From Polyangiaceae bacterium (GTDB taxonomy: Bacteria > Myxococcota_A > Polyangia > Polyangiales > Polyangiaceae), in NCBI GenBank assembly GCA_044222475.1, contig JBGANF010000009.1, positions 32,001 to 96,000 of the forward strand: a DNA stretch of 64,000 bases, written 5' to 3'. Under the pieces are notes generated by a model that saw only the letters and a program-made list of their open reading frames with translations, was not told the origin of the DNA and searched no databases. Positions 37,662 through 46,855 of the stretch are shown here, in pieces. Made by a program: the position numbers and the translations under genes. Every line of letters begins with the position of its first letter. Within the stretch, counting starts at the first letter, position 1.

Positions 37662-38342
37662 TCAGGGACCGTAGAGCGCGTCTTCGAGGACGCGCGGCGC
37701 GTTGGATCCGGGGCTCGGCACGGGCGCCTCGAGCAGCGGGCGGAACTGGTGCTGCTCCGGATCGAACGCGAAGACCTCGCCGGACGTGAGCTTGTAGACC
37801 CAGGCGTGGAGGCGGAGCTTGCCGGTCGCGATCCGAGCGGCGACCGCCGGGTGCGTACGGAGCACGTCGAGCTGGCAGAGGACGTTCTCCTGGATGGCGA
37901 TGTTGTGGAGGTCTTCCTTCGCGAGCGAGGCGTAGTTCTCCTTCACGATCCGGCGCGTCGTCTCCGCGTTGCGGAGCCACGCGCGCATCGACGGGATGTG
38001 CTCCACGATCTCCGGCTCGACGACGGCGCGCATCGCGCCGCAGTGAGAGTGACCGCAAACGACGATGTGCTCGACGTCGAGCGCCATCACCGCGTACTCG
38101 ATCGACGCGGCTTCGCTGTTCGACCCGTCGCCGTAGGGCGGGATGATGTTGCCCGCGTTCCGGACGATGAAGATCTCGCCAGGGTTCGTCTGGGTGATGA
38201 GGTTCGGGTTGATGCGCGAGTCCGAGCACGTGATGAACAGCGCTTGCGGCCGCTGCCCCTCGCCCAGACGCTCGAAGCTCGCCCGGTTTTCCTCGAAGAC
38301 TTCGCGCTGAAAGATGTGCACGCCGTGGGTGATCTTCTGCAT
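37662..38342 (-). CDS. Beta-class carbonic anhydrase
   Basis: ITCSDSR, RNAGN, VCGHSHCGAM. Confidence 0.95.
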   Translation of the reverse strand: MQKITHGVHIFQREVFEENRASFERLGEGQRPQALFITCSDSRINPNLITQTNPGEIFIVRNAGNIIPPYGDGSNSEAASIEYAVMALDVEHIVVCGHSHCGAMRAVVEPEIVEHIPSMRAWLRNAETTRRIVKENYASLAKEDLHNIAIQENVLCQLDVLRTHPAVAARIATGKLRLHAWVYKLTSGEVFAFDPEQHQFRPLLEAPVPSPGSNAPRVLEDALYGP

Positions 38343-38384
38343 CGCTCCGATCCCTTCGATCGAAAGGACCTATAGTACAAATCG

Positions 38385-39083
38385 ATGTCGGAGTCCGGCT
38401 ACCGCGAGTCCAGCCGCCCTCTGGAGGAGGGAATCCTCGGGTCGATCGAGCGCCTCGTCGAGCTCGAGGGGCGGCCGATCGCGAAGGCGAACGCGGCCGC
38501 GCTCGCCCAAGTTCGGACCTCGCTGGATCCGAAGGCCGAGCGGATCGAGGGCGAAGGGCTGGAAGCACGGGGGTTCCGCTTCGTCGGCGTCTGGTCCGAG
38601 GCCATCGGCGACGCGCCGGCGGTCGATTTCGACGTGTGGGTGCGCGAGGACCGCACCGCCTACGCGCTCGTGCGACGGAACGAGCTCGTGCTCATCGCCG
38701 CCCCGTATCGAATTCACTCGTACTTCACCGACGGGACCATGCTCGAGACAGTGCCGCAGCCTCCGCACGTCGACGTCGTGCAGGACGCCCGCGTGCACGA
38801 CGAAGCGATGCTCGCCAAGGTCACCGACGAGCGCCGCATCATCCCGGTCTCCGGACCAGACGACGTCTCGCGACTCGAGCGGTTCCGCGTCACGCACGTG
38901 CTGGACGCCGGCAAGGCGGACCAGCTCGCCCGCATTCGACCCACCCAACGATGGGTCCTGCTCTTCGCGATCGTGCTCGCGGGCGGATTCATTTGGTCGA
39001 TGTGCGACGCGCAGGGACGAAGTCGCCCCGCGGTGACGCCGTCGTGGGACGAGAAGCCCAAGGTCGACGCAGGGGGCCACTGA
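38385..39083 (+). CDS. Hypothetical protein with C-terminal TM helix
   Basis: Fills the gap in a plus-strand run; TATAGT 8 nt upstream; coding-like GC3. Confidence 0.6.
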   Translation: MSESGYRESSRPLEEGILGSIERLVELEGRPIAKANAAALAQVRTSLDPKAERIEGEGLEARGFRFVGVWSEAIGDAPAVDFDVWVREDRTAYALVRRNELVLIAAPYRIHSYFTDGTMLETVPQPPHVDVVQDARVHDEAMLAKVTDERRIIPVSGPDDVSRLERFRVTHVLDAGKADQLARIRPTQRWVLLFAIVLAGGFIWSMCDAQGRSRPAVTPSWDEKPKVDAGGH

Positions 39084-39084
39084 C

Positions 39085-39888
39085 GTGCCCCTACGCATCG
39101 CGCACTTCTCCGACGTTCATCTCCTCGCTCCGAGCGAGCCGATGCGGATCCCGATGCGGATGGCGAGCACCGGTCGCGCGGTCGACCCCGCGGGTCGAGC
39201 TCGCCGCCTCGGAGAGGCGTTCGCCGAAGCGCGCGCGCGGCACGCCGATCACCTGATCATCTCGGGCGACCTCACCGAGTACGGCACCAAGGCGCAGTTC
39301 GAGCTCTTCGCCGAGATCGCGCTCGCGAGCGGGTTTCCCCCAGAGCAGGTCACGTTGATTCCAGGCAACCACGACCGCTACGACGACGATCGATCGTTCA
39401 GCGATGCGTTGGCCGGCCCCCTCGCGCCGTTCGCGCGCAACGCACCTGCCGAGCCCGGGAAGGTCGTCGACCTCGGCGAGGCGGTCGTCATCCCGGTCGA
39501 CGTGACGAAGTACCAGAACGTGATCGACTCTTCGGGGCTCGTGCGCGAAGCCGACGGCGTGGCGATCGCGCGGCGTGCGGCAGACTCGTCGTTGAAGAAG
39601 AAGGCGCAGATCCTCGTCGTGCACCACCCGCCGTTTCGTCACCGCGTCGCGGCGTGGCATCGGATCAACGGGCTGCACCGGCAGGAGCGCGTGATCGACG
39701 TCATGGAAAGCTCGGAGACGATGCACCTCGTGCACGGGCATCTGCATCGGATGATGTCGAGCCCCGTCGGTTCGGTTCCGCACGCGCGCGTGTTCGGCGT
39801 CGCCGCGGTCGTGAACGAGCGCGGCCCGCGCGTGCGCATGTTCGAGGTCGACGGCGGCGTACTGTGGCCCGCGCCGGGTCCTTGGTAG
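39085..39888 (+). CDS. Calcineurin-like metallophosphoesterase
   Basis: SDVH, SGDLT, PGNHD, HHPP, HGHLH. Confidence 0.9.
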   Translation: MPLRIAHFSDVHLLAPSEPMRIPMRMASTGRAVDPAGRARRLGEAFAEARARHADHLIISGDLTEYGTKAQFELFAEIALASGFPPEQVTLIPGNHDRYDDDRSFSDALAGPLAPFARNAPAEPGKVVDLGEAVVIPVDVTKYQNVIDSSGLVREADGVAIARRAADSSLKKKAQILVVHHPPFRHRVAAWHRINGLHRQERVIDVMESSETMHLVHGHLHRMMSSPVGSVPHARVFGVAAVVNERGPRVRMFEVDGGVLWPAPGPW

Positions 39889-39898
39889 GCTCCGGCGC

Positions 39899-40336
39899 AT
39901 GTACCGAACGGATGCAACACCAGACCGCTCGCTGTTGATCGTCGCTTTCGGCGGCAAGGTCTTCGCCGTCGATCGCTTCACCGGCGAGCAACGATGGAAG
40001 ACCAAGCTCGACGATTGGGACGCGTCGGTGGTCGAGCTCGCCATCGGGCCCGAGGTGCTGATCGCGGTGTCGTCGAAGCGGCTCGCGATCCTGCGCTATG
40101 CGAGCGGCGAGCTCGTGAAGAGCGTCGACCGCAGCCAGCACGAGCGCGGCATCGGGCGCACCGTCGCCCTCATCGACGGCAACTTCCTCTACCTCGGCCG
40201 CTACGGCTCGGCGGCCTGCTACACGCTCGCCGGCGAGTTCGTGTGGGAGCAGTACTTCAGCGGCGAGGGTCAGTGCGAGGCGGCGCTGGGGTTCCCCGGC
40301 AACGTGCGCCAAGCCGACGACCGCGGCGCGAAGTGA
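39899..40336 (+). CDS. Small PQQ-like beta-propeller repeat protein
   Basis: GKVFAVDRFTGEQRWK and GEFVWE repeats. Confidence 0.65.
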   Translation: MYRTDATPDRSLLIVAFGGKVFAVDRFTGEQRWKTKLDDWDASVVELAIGPEVLIAVSSKRLAILRYASGELVKSVDRSQHERGIGRTVALIDGNFLYLGRYGSAACYTLAGEFVWEQYFSGEGQCEAALGFPGNVRQADDRGAK

Positions 40337-40339
40337 GCC

Positions 40340-40990
40340 TCACGAGACGGGTTGCAGCAGGAGCGGCGCCGAGCGAACGAGCAACGCGAGCCCTTCGAGG
40401 AACGCGCGTTCGCGCGCCGGGTCCTGTCCCGCGAAGAGGACGAGCGCAGCACCCTGCATCGCGGTGATGACGAAATCGACGGCGGCCTCGAAGTTGGGCA
40501 ACGCCGCGAGATCCGGGAAGAGACTGCGCGCCTCGTCTTGGATGTTCGTGCGGTGGGTCGCCAAGATCGGGAGCAGCGCGGCGCGGAGCGCGGGCTCGGT
40601 GGGCGCGGCGGTGTAGAGCTCGTGCAGGACGCGCACTTCGTCCGTCTTGAAGATCGTCCAGAGACCGAGCAACGCGCGCGCGACCGGATCCGTTGCGCCG
40701 CGCGCAGCGCGCATCGACGCACGGAACCTCGGAAAGAGGGACGCGCACAGCGCTTCGGCGGCTGCCGAGAGGAGCGCCTCCTTGCTCGCGAAGTGCTTGA
40801 AGAGCGCGCCCTGCGACACGCCGGCGCGAGCCGTGATCTCGGTCGTCGTGGTCTTCGCGTAGCCGAGCTCGCGAAGGGAGAGGACGGTGGCGTCGAGGAG
40901 GGCCTTTCGGGTCGTGGCGCGCCGATCGGCCTGAGTGCGGCGCACCGGCTCGGTGGGGGCTCGTTTTCGAGAAACCTTCGTAGAACCCAT
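40340..40990 (-). CDS. TetR/AcrR-family regulator
   Basis: RRTQADRRATTRKALLDAT...GYAKTTTTEITARAGVSQGALFKHF. Confidence 0.92.
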   Translation of the reverse strand: MGSTKVSRKRAPTEPVRRTQADRRATTRKALLDATVLSLRELGYAKTTTTEITARAGVSQGALFKHFASKEALLSAAAEALCASLFPRFRASMRAARGATDPVARALLGLWTIFKTDEVRVLHELYTAAPTEPALRAALLPILATHRTNIQDEARSLFPDLAALPNFEAAVDFVITAMQGAALVLFAGQDPARERAFLEGLALLVRSAPLLLQPVS

Positions 40991-41041
40991 CAGTTACACC
41001 TGATCGTTAGCATGCTGGCGATCCCATCGGTCGTTTCATTT

Positions 41042-41063
41042 AGAAAGTGACTTGTCACTATCT
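41042..41063. promoter_or_regulatory. Palindromic operator between the divergent TetR and desaturase genes
   Basis: AGAAAGTGAC-tt-GTCACTATCT (9 of 10 bp match). Confidence 0.7.
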
Positions 41064-41086
41064 TAGTTTGGATGCATAGTCAGCGC

Positions 41087-41953
41087 ATGTCGCCGAGATT
41101 GATTCTCGTCATCGCGCCTCTCTTCATCCTCACCTTCCTCCTCGAGGCCTGGCTGCGAAAGCGCCGCGGCCTCCCGTTCGACACGCGCGACGGCTTCGTC
41201 AGCGTCATGAGCGGCGTCGGGTTCCTCGTCATCAACCTCGCGCTCTACGGCGCAATGTACGGCCTCACCGCCTTCATCTACGAGCACCGACTCTTCGATC
41301 TCGGCGACAGCTGGCCCGTCTGGGCGCTCGCCTTGGTGGTCGACGACTTCAGCTTCTACTGGGCCCACCGGCTGTCGCACGAGATCCGGTTCTTCTGGGC
41401 CACCCACGAAGCTCATCACTCGAGCGAGCAGTACACCCTGACGACCGCGCTCCGTCAGCCGTGGACCGAGCCCGTCGCGTTCCTCTTCTGGCTCCCGATG
41501 CCGCTGCTCGGCTTCTCGCCGGCGATGGTCTTCTTCGCTCACACCGTGAGCCTCGTCTATCAGTACTGGATCCACACCGAGCTCATCGACAAGCTCGGCC
41601 CGCTCGAGTGGATCTTCAACACGCCGTCGCACCACCGCGTGCACCACGGATCCAACGCGCGGTACATCGACAAGAACCACGGCGGGATCCTCATCGTGTG
41701 GGACCGCCTCTTCGGGACGTTCCAGCTCGAAGACGAGAAGGTCGTCTACGGCTTGACCAAGAAGCTCGAGAAGAACGAGATCGTCCACGTCGCTTTCCAC
41801 GAGTGGAAGCACATCGCGCGCGACCTGCGCGCTGCCCGCACCTGGCGCGGCCGCGTCCGAGCCGTGTTCGGTCGCACCGGCACCGACTACCTCGCGTGCG
41901 AGCGGACCGCACCTTCGAGCAGGGTTTCTCTCGGTTCGAACGCTACGGTTTAA
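41087..41953 (+). CDS. Sterol desaturase / fatty acid hydroxylase family (alkylglycerol monooxygenase-like)
   Basis: His boxes HRLSH, HEAHH, HHRVHH; NHGGILIVWDRLFGT. Confidence 0.9.
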   Translation: MSPRLILVIAPLFILTFLLEAWLRKRRGLPFDTRDGFVSVMSGVGFLVINLALYGAMYGLTAFIYEHRLFDLGDSWPVWALALVVDDFSFYWAHRLSHEIRFFWATHEAHHSSEQYTLTTALRQPWTEPVAFLFWLPMPLLGFSPAMVFFAHTVSLVYQYWIHTELIDKLGPLEWIFNTPSHHRVHHGSNARYIDKNHGGILIVWDRLFGTFQLEDEKVVYGLTKKLEKNEIVHVAFHEWKHIARDLRAARTWRGRVRAVFGRTGTDYLACERTAPSSRVSLGSNATV

Positions 41954-41995
41954 TCGTCGCAGCGAGTGGCGTTCGGCTGGTATCTTCAGCGAGGA

Positions 41996-43032
41996 ATGGC
42001 TGAAGCGCCCAAGCCCCCTGCGCGTGCTGGAGCACCCGTCGCGGCCTCCGCCGCGACGACACCGAAGGCACCGGCCACCGCCCACCGAAGGCACCGGCCA
42101 CCGCCGCGAAGGCACCGATGGCGCCCAAGGCACCGACCGCGCCGCGCGTGCCCGTGAATCCACAGCCGCGTCCGGTCGCACCGCTCGTGAGCGGCGCGCC
42201 GACGCCGGTTCGCGCGCCGGCTCCGTCGAACGTCGAGGCGCCGAAGATTCCCGCGCCAGCGTCGAGCGCGAAGCTCCCGGACGTCAGCGTCGACGAAGGC
42301 GACGAGGACGAGTGGGCCAGCACCGGCGACACGGAGGTCCACGACGTCCCGGCCCGCGCCCCCGCCGCCGAGGTCGCGCGCACTCCCGATCCGCCGAAGG
42401 CCGCAGCTCCGGCGCCGGCTCCCTCGCCCGCGCCGGCGCCCGTCGCCGTGGCTGCGCCCGCGCCGGCACCTGCACCGGCGCCCGCACCGGTCGTCGCAGC
42501 GCCAGTCGCGAAGGACGAGCAAGCGGTCGCGTTGCGAAGGATCGCTCGCGAGGCGCTCGAAGAAGCGGTCGGCTCACTGCGAGCGAGCCAACGTGACCTC
42601 GAAGGTCGGTTGGCGAGGATGGAGCAGCGCCTCGAGGAGCTCTCGAGGCGTCCCGCGGCCGTCGCCGTCGCCCCCGCGCCGACGTTCGCTGCGCCGGCCG
42701 CCGCTCCCGCTCCCCCTCCCGCTCCCGCTCCCGCTCCGGTCCCCGCCGCAGTCGCACCGGCTCCCGCCCCGGTAGCCGTCCCGATCTCGATCGCGCCGCC
42801 GGCGATGGCGTCCAAGCCGCCGCCGCCGGGCCCCTCCGCGACCGATCAGACCACCGCCGAGCTGATGCGCCTCGCGAACGCACCGGTCGACTCGGACTTC
42901 CTCCCCGGCGAGCTCGACATGGGCAAGCGCGCGCGCCGCATGCGCTGGTTCTTCGCGATCCTGCTCATCCTCGTCGTCGGCGGAATCGTCGGCGCTGCGA
43001 TCGTCTCGAACTCCGTCAACGGACACAGCTGA
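41996..43032 (+). pseudogene. Pro/Ala-rich protein with coiled coil and C-terminal TM anchor, frameshifted by a 23-bp duplication (intact downstream ORF 42118-43032)
   Basis: ATG 41996 reads MAEAPKPPARAG...PKAPATA and joins the 42118 frame only if one repeat copy is removed. Confidence 0.6.
42060..42105 (+). repeat. Perfect 23-bp tandem duplication
   Basis: CACCGAAGGCACCGGCCACCGCC at 42060-42082 and 42083-42105. Confidence 0.95.
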
Positions 43033-43041
43033 GCGCGAGGC

Positions 43042-43743
43042 TCAGCTCGTCGGGCCGGTGAGCCGGAGCAGATCGGCGGAGAGCGTCTCGCGCACGTACT
43101 GAATCGTTCTCTCGCGCATGGCGTTCTTGCTCTTCGCGTACGCGTCGCGTGACAGCGCCGCGAGCTTCGTCGCGTGCGCGGTCGCCACCGAGAGCAACGC
43201 ATCGGGTGCTGCGACCTCGTCGAGGTAGCCGAAGTCGACCGCGGTGCGCGGCTCCGGCGTCTCGGCGAAGAGGGTCGCCCGTGCGAGATACTTCTTCTCG
43301 AGCCGGTCGCGCGCGATCTCCATCGCGAGGATGGGGATCGGCATCCCGAGCTGGAGCTCGTTGAGGCCGATCTTGAACGGACCTTCGGCGCCGACCCGCA
43401 CGTCACCGGTGAGGACGACCAGCGCGCCCCCGGCGAGCGCGTGACCCGAGCACGCCACGACGAGGGGCAACGGATAGCCATACAGTCGGAGCAGGAAATC
43501 CGCGCCGCGACCGACGAGCTTCCGCGCGTTGTCGGCGCCGGACATCATCTCCTTCAGATCGAAGCCGGCGCAGAATCGGCCGGCGCGCCCGGTGAGGACC
43601 AGCGCCGAAGCCTCGCGCTCGGCGCGGGCGAGCGCGGCCTCGATCTCCTCCATCATCGCGTACGAGAGCGCGTTGGCCTTCCCGTCGTCGAGGGTGACGG
43701 TCGCGACGTTTCCCTGGAGCTCGTACCGAACGTTGGTCGTCAT
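43042..43743 (-). CDS. Enoyl-CoA hydratase/isomerase (crotonase) family
   Basis: DDGKANAL, FCAGFDL, GHALAGG, IGLNE. Confidence 0.9.
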   Translation of the reverse strand: MTTNVRYELQGNVATVTLDDGKANALSYAMMEEIEAALARAEREASALVLTGRAGRFCAGFDLKEMMSGADNARKLVGRGADFLLRLYGYPLPLVVACSGHALAGGALVVLTGDVRVGAEGPFKIGLNELQLGMPIPILAMEIARDRLEKKYLARATLFAETPEPRTAVDFGYLDEVAAPDALLSVATAHATKLAALSRDAYAKSKNAMRERTIQYVRETLSADLLRLTGPTS

Positions 43744-44879
43744 GGGGCGGAGCGTACCTCAGGTTGCACGCCTTTCCATCCCAAGATGGTACCGACGACG
43801 AGCCCCACGAGGTACCCGTAGGGCAACCCCACCACGCACGCCGCGACGAGCATGCTGACCCAGATCGACCGGTCCTCGCTCGCGACGTCGCGCACCATGC
43901 TCATCAAGCCGACGGCTTCGACCACCAGGATCGCACCGAGGAGCGGCAACGGGAACACCCGCACGACCTCGGCGAACGCGCCGGGAAAGACGAGCCCGAG
44001 GACGAGGTACATCGACCCGTAGATCACCGGAGCCCCGCCGGTGCGGGCGCCGAACGCGTGCATCCCGACCATTCCCCCGCATCCGTGGCACACCGGCACG
44101 CCACCGAAGAGCGGGGCAACGAGGTTCATCAACCCGTACGTGAGCCCGATGCGCCGCACGGTCGGTGCGCGATCGGGGAAGAGATCGCGGCTCACCTGCG
44201 CCGTTCCGAGGACCGAGTTGCCGAGCGACAGCGGGATCTGCGGCAACGCGAGGAGCAGCGCGCCGCGCTTCCACTCGTCGCCGCTCGGCACGACGAGCTT
44301 CGGTGCGTGCGGACCGAGGCCGTGCGCGACGACCGTGAAGTCGACGCGGGTGAGCAGAGCCCACGCCGCGCCGAGCCCCACGACGACGAGCGCAGCGGGG
44401 ACCTTCTTCCACCTGCGCAGGACGAGCCACGCTCCGAGCACGATGGCGAAGACGACGTAACCGCGCGCTCCGCCGTCGGCCGCGTAGTCCTTGAGCGCGA
44501 GAGTGGCCAGGGTGATGCCGAGCCCGAGCTGGATCCCGCGGATCGCCGCCTTGGGTACGATACGGGCGAGCCACGAGAGCGCTCCCGACGCGGCGAGGAC
44601 GAGCATGGCACCGCCGATGACGAGCCCTCCGGCCGAGTACGTTCCGGCGGAGAGCTTCTGCGCGAGCATGATGGTCGCCATCGCCTTGAGCGGCTGCACC
44701 GGCATCGGCATGCCGTAGTAGAAGCCGGTCGCGATCTGCAGGAGCCCGTAGGCCACGCACACGCTCGCCGGGTCGAGGTGGCACACGGCGATGAGGCCGA
44801 CGAGCAGCGGCAGGTCGGTGCCGAGGTCGCCGAAGGCTCCGGCGAGCTCGTGGCGATCGAAGCGAACCCGCGGCTCCAT
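43740..44879 (-). CDS. Putative molybdate/sulfate transporter (MOT1-like)
   Basis: ELAGAFGDLGT, PMPVQPLKA, QIPLSLGNS, PVCHGCGG, FGARTGG. Confidence 0.85.
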   Translation of the reverse strand: MEPRVRFDRHELAGAFGDLGTDLPLLVGLIAVCHLDPASVCVAYGLLQIATGFYYGMPMPVQPLKAMATIMLAQKLSAGTYSAGGLVIGGAMLVLAASGALSWLARIVPKAAIRGIQLGLGITLATLALKDYAADGGARGYVVFAIVLGAWLVLRRWKKVPAALVVVGLGAAWALLTRVDFTVVAHGLGPHAPKLVVPSGDEWKRGALLLALPQIPLSLGNSVLGTAQVSRDLFPDRAPTVRRIGLTYGLMNLVAPLFGGVPVCHGCGGMVGMHAFGARTGGAPVIYGSMYLVLGLVFPGAFAEVVRVFPLPLLGAILVVEAVGLMSMVRDVASEDRSIWVSMLVAACVVGLPYGYLVGLVVGTILGWKGVQPEVRSAP

Positions 44880-44905
44880 GCGCCGCGTAGCCTAGCCCGG
44901 ATTTT

Positions 44906-45583
44906 TCAGGCTCCAGTCTTCTTGATCAGCTCGACGTCGAGATCGATGGTGACCTCGTCACCGACGACGGCCCCGCCGGTCTCGATCGCCTTGTTCCACT
45001 TCAGCCCGAACTCCTGGCGGTTGATCTTCGCCGAGGCGTGGGCTCCGCGGTGGAAGGCACCGACGAACGGGTCCTTCGCCTCGGCCGGAATCGCGTCGAC
45101 CGAGAGGACGACGCTCTTCGTCACGTCCTTGATCGTGAGGTCGCCGGTCACCTTGTAGCCGGCGCCGTCGCGCTCGACCTTGGTCGACGAGAAGGTCATC
45201 TTGGGGAACTTGGCGCTGTCGAAGAAGTCGGGGCTCGCCAGGTGCTTGTCGCGATCGACGTTCCGGGTGTCGATGCTCTGCGTGTCGACATCGACGGAGA
45301 GCTTGGATTTCGCGGGATCCTGCTCGTCGAGGTAGAGCGACCCGGTGAACTTCTGGAACGTACCCTTCACGTTCGAGACCATCATGTGCTTCACCGAGAA
45401 GCCCACGGTGGAGTGTGATGCGTCGAACTCGTACGTCGCCGGGGCGGCGTACGTCACTGGGGCGACGGCCGCGGTCGAGGCGGCGGGCTTGGCGGCGGAC
45501 GAGGCCTTCGGGTCGTCGCACGCGGCGACGGCGAGGAGGAGAGGAAGAGCGGCGATGGCGAGGAGCGGGCGTTGGAGGTTCAT
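44906..45583 (-). CDS. YceI-family lipid/isoprenoid-binding lipoprotein
   Basis: DASHSTVGFSVKHMMVS, RDKHLASPDFFD, GDLTIKDVTK, INRQEFGL. Confidence 0.92.
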   Translation of the reverse strand: MNLQRPLLAIAALPLLLAVAACDDPKASSAAKPAASTAAVAPVTYAAPATYEFDASHSTVGFSVKHMMVSNVKGTFQKFTGSLYLDEQDPAKSKLSVDVDTQSIDTRNVDRDKHLASPDFFDSAKFPKMTFSSTKVERDGAGYKVTGDLTIKDVTKSVVLSVDAIPAEAKDPFVGAFHRGAHASAKINRQEFGLKWNKAIETGGAVVGDEVTIDLDVELIKKTGA

Positions 45584-45678
45584 GCCCGTTCAAGTAATCC
45601 CCACTTGGTACACGCGGTAGGCGCGTCCACCGAAAGCACTGTTCCCCTGCGGAGAACAATCGGCTCCGTCGTTCTCGA

Positions 45679-46035
45679 TCAGGGCCGCAGGAACTCGACC
45701 CAGCGGATGCGGCCGTCTCGCGCGGTGTAGCGGACGAGCACCTCTCCGCCGAGCTTCGCGCCGTCGCTTCGCCGGACCCGCGACCACTGCTCGTGCTCGA
45801 CCACGTGCGGCCCGAGCGCGAGGCGTGCCGACACCGTCGCGGTGACCGCGTCGTGCTCGGCGAACATCGCCCCATAGCCCTTGCGGAACTCGGCCATCCC
45901 GCGCTTCTGGACGGCACCGTCCTCACCCAGGACCTCCACCGCGTCGTGGAAGCACGCGCAGAACGCGTCGATGTCGGACCGGTTGTAGGCCTCGAGCTGG
46001 CGCGCGGCGAGCTCCAGAATTTCACTCTCGCTCAT
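45679..46035 (-). CDS. SnoaL/NTF2-like protein
   Basis: QLEAYNRSDIDAFCACF, GPHVVEHE, DGRIRWVEF. Confidence 0.8.
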   Translation of the reverse strand: MSESEILELAARQLEAYNRSDIDAFCACFHDAVEVLGEDGAVQKRGMAEFRKGYGAMFAEHDAVTATVSARLALGPHVVEHEQWSRVRRSDGAKLGGEVLVRYTARDGRIRWVEFLRP

Positions 46036-46057
46036 CTCTCCCCTGTAGCCTCACTTC

Positions 46058-46855
46058 GTGCCCGAGGGTGACTCGATCTTCCGCCTCGCGGCGAAGCTCC
46101 GCCCCTACCTCGTGGGGAAGGTGCTCGCCCGGGTCGCGTTCCCACGAAAGGCGCTCGACGCCGAGCGGCTCCAAGGCAAGCGGGTCGCGAGCGTCGACGC
46201 GATGGGGAAGAACCTGCTGGTGCGGTGCGACGACGGCGTGACGCTCCACGCGCACCTGAGGCTGACCGGCCGATTTCGCGTCGTCCCACTATGGGACAAG
46301 CGAGGCGATCGCTCGGCGTCGGTGATCCTCGAGACCGATCGGGCGCGCGTCGTCGGCACCGACGTCCCCGTCGTCCGCGTCCTGAGCGCGGCCGAACTGC
46401 GACGCGATCCGCGCCTGCGCGCGCTCGGACCGGACCCGTTGAAGGACGACTTCGACGTCGAGCGAGCCATCGCGAACCTGCGCGGGCTTCGCGACAGCTC
46501 CATCGCCGAGGCGCTGCTCGACCAGCGCGCCCTCGCGGGGCTCGGCAACGTCTACAAGTGCGAGGTCCTCTTCCGCCGCAAGCTCGACCCCTTCACGCGC
46601 GTGGGCGCGATCGACGACGAGACGCTGCGCGCGCTCGTCACCGACGCCGTCGATCTCCTCCGCTGGAACGCGAGGCGCCAGGCGCGCGGCTCGCGCGAGC
46701 GGCTGACTCGAACGAACGGCCCGCGGACCGCGGCCGGGCAGAGCGTCTACGGACGCGCGCGTCGCCCTTGCTTCGATTGCGGCACGGAGGTGAAGGCAGC
46801 GGCGCAGGGCGGTCGGACGACGTACTGGTGTCCGACCTGTCAGCCGCAGCGCTAG
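46058..46855 (+). CDS. Fpg/Nei-family DNA glycosylase
   Basis: MPEGD, GKNLL, HLRLTG, LLDQRALAGLGNVYKCE, C4 zinc finger CFDC...CPTCQ. Confidence 0.92.
   Translation: MPEGDSIFRLAAKLRPYLVGKVLARVAFPRKALDAERLQGKRVASVDAMGKNLLVRCDDGVTLHAHLRLTGRFRVVPLWDKRGDRSASVILETDRARVVGTDVPVVRVLSAAELRRDPRLRALGPDPLKDDFDVERAIANLRGLRDSSIAEALLDQRALAGLGNVYKCEVLFRRKLDPFTRVGAIDDETLRALVTDAVDLLRWNARRQARGSRERLTRTNGPRTAAGQSVYGRARRPCFDCGTEVKAAAQGGRTTYWCPTCQPQR

Noticed and set aside
42340..42830. Repeat array in the Pro/Ala-rich region
   Set aside because: Degenerate (AP)n coding low complexity, not a DNA-level element.
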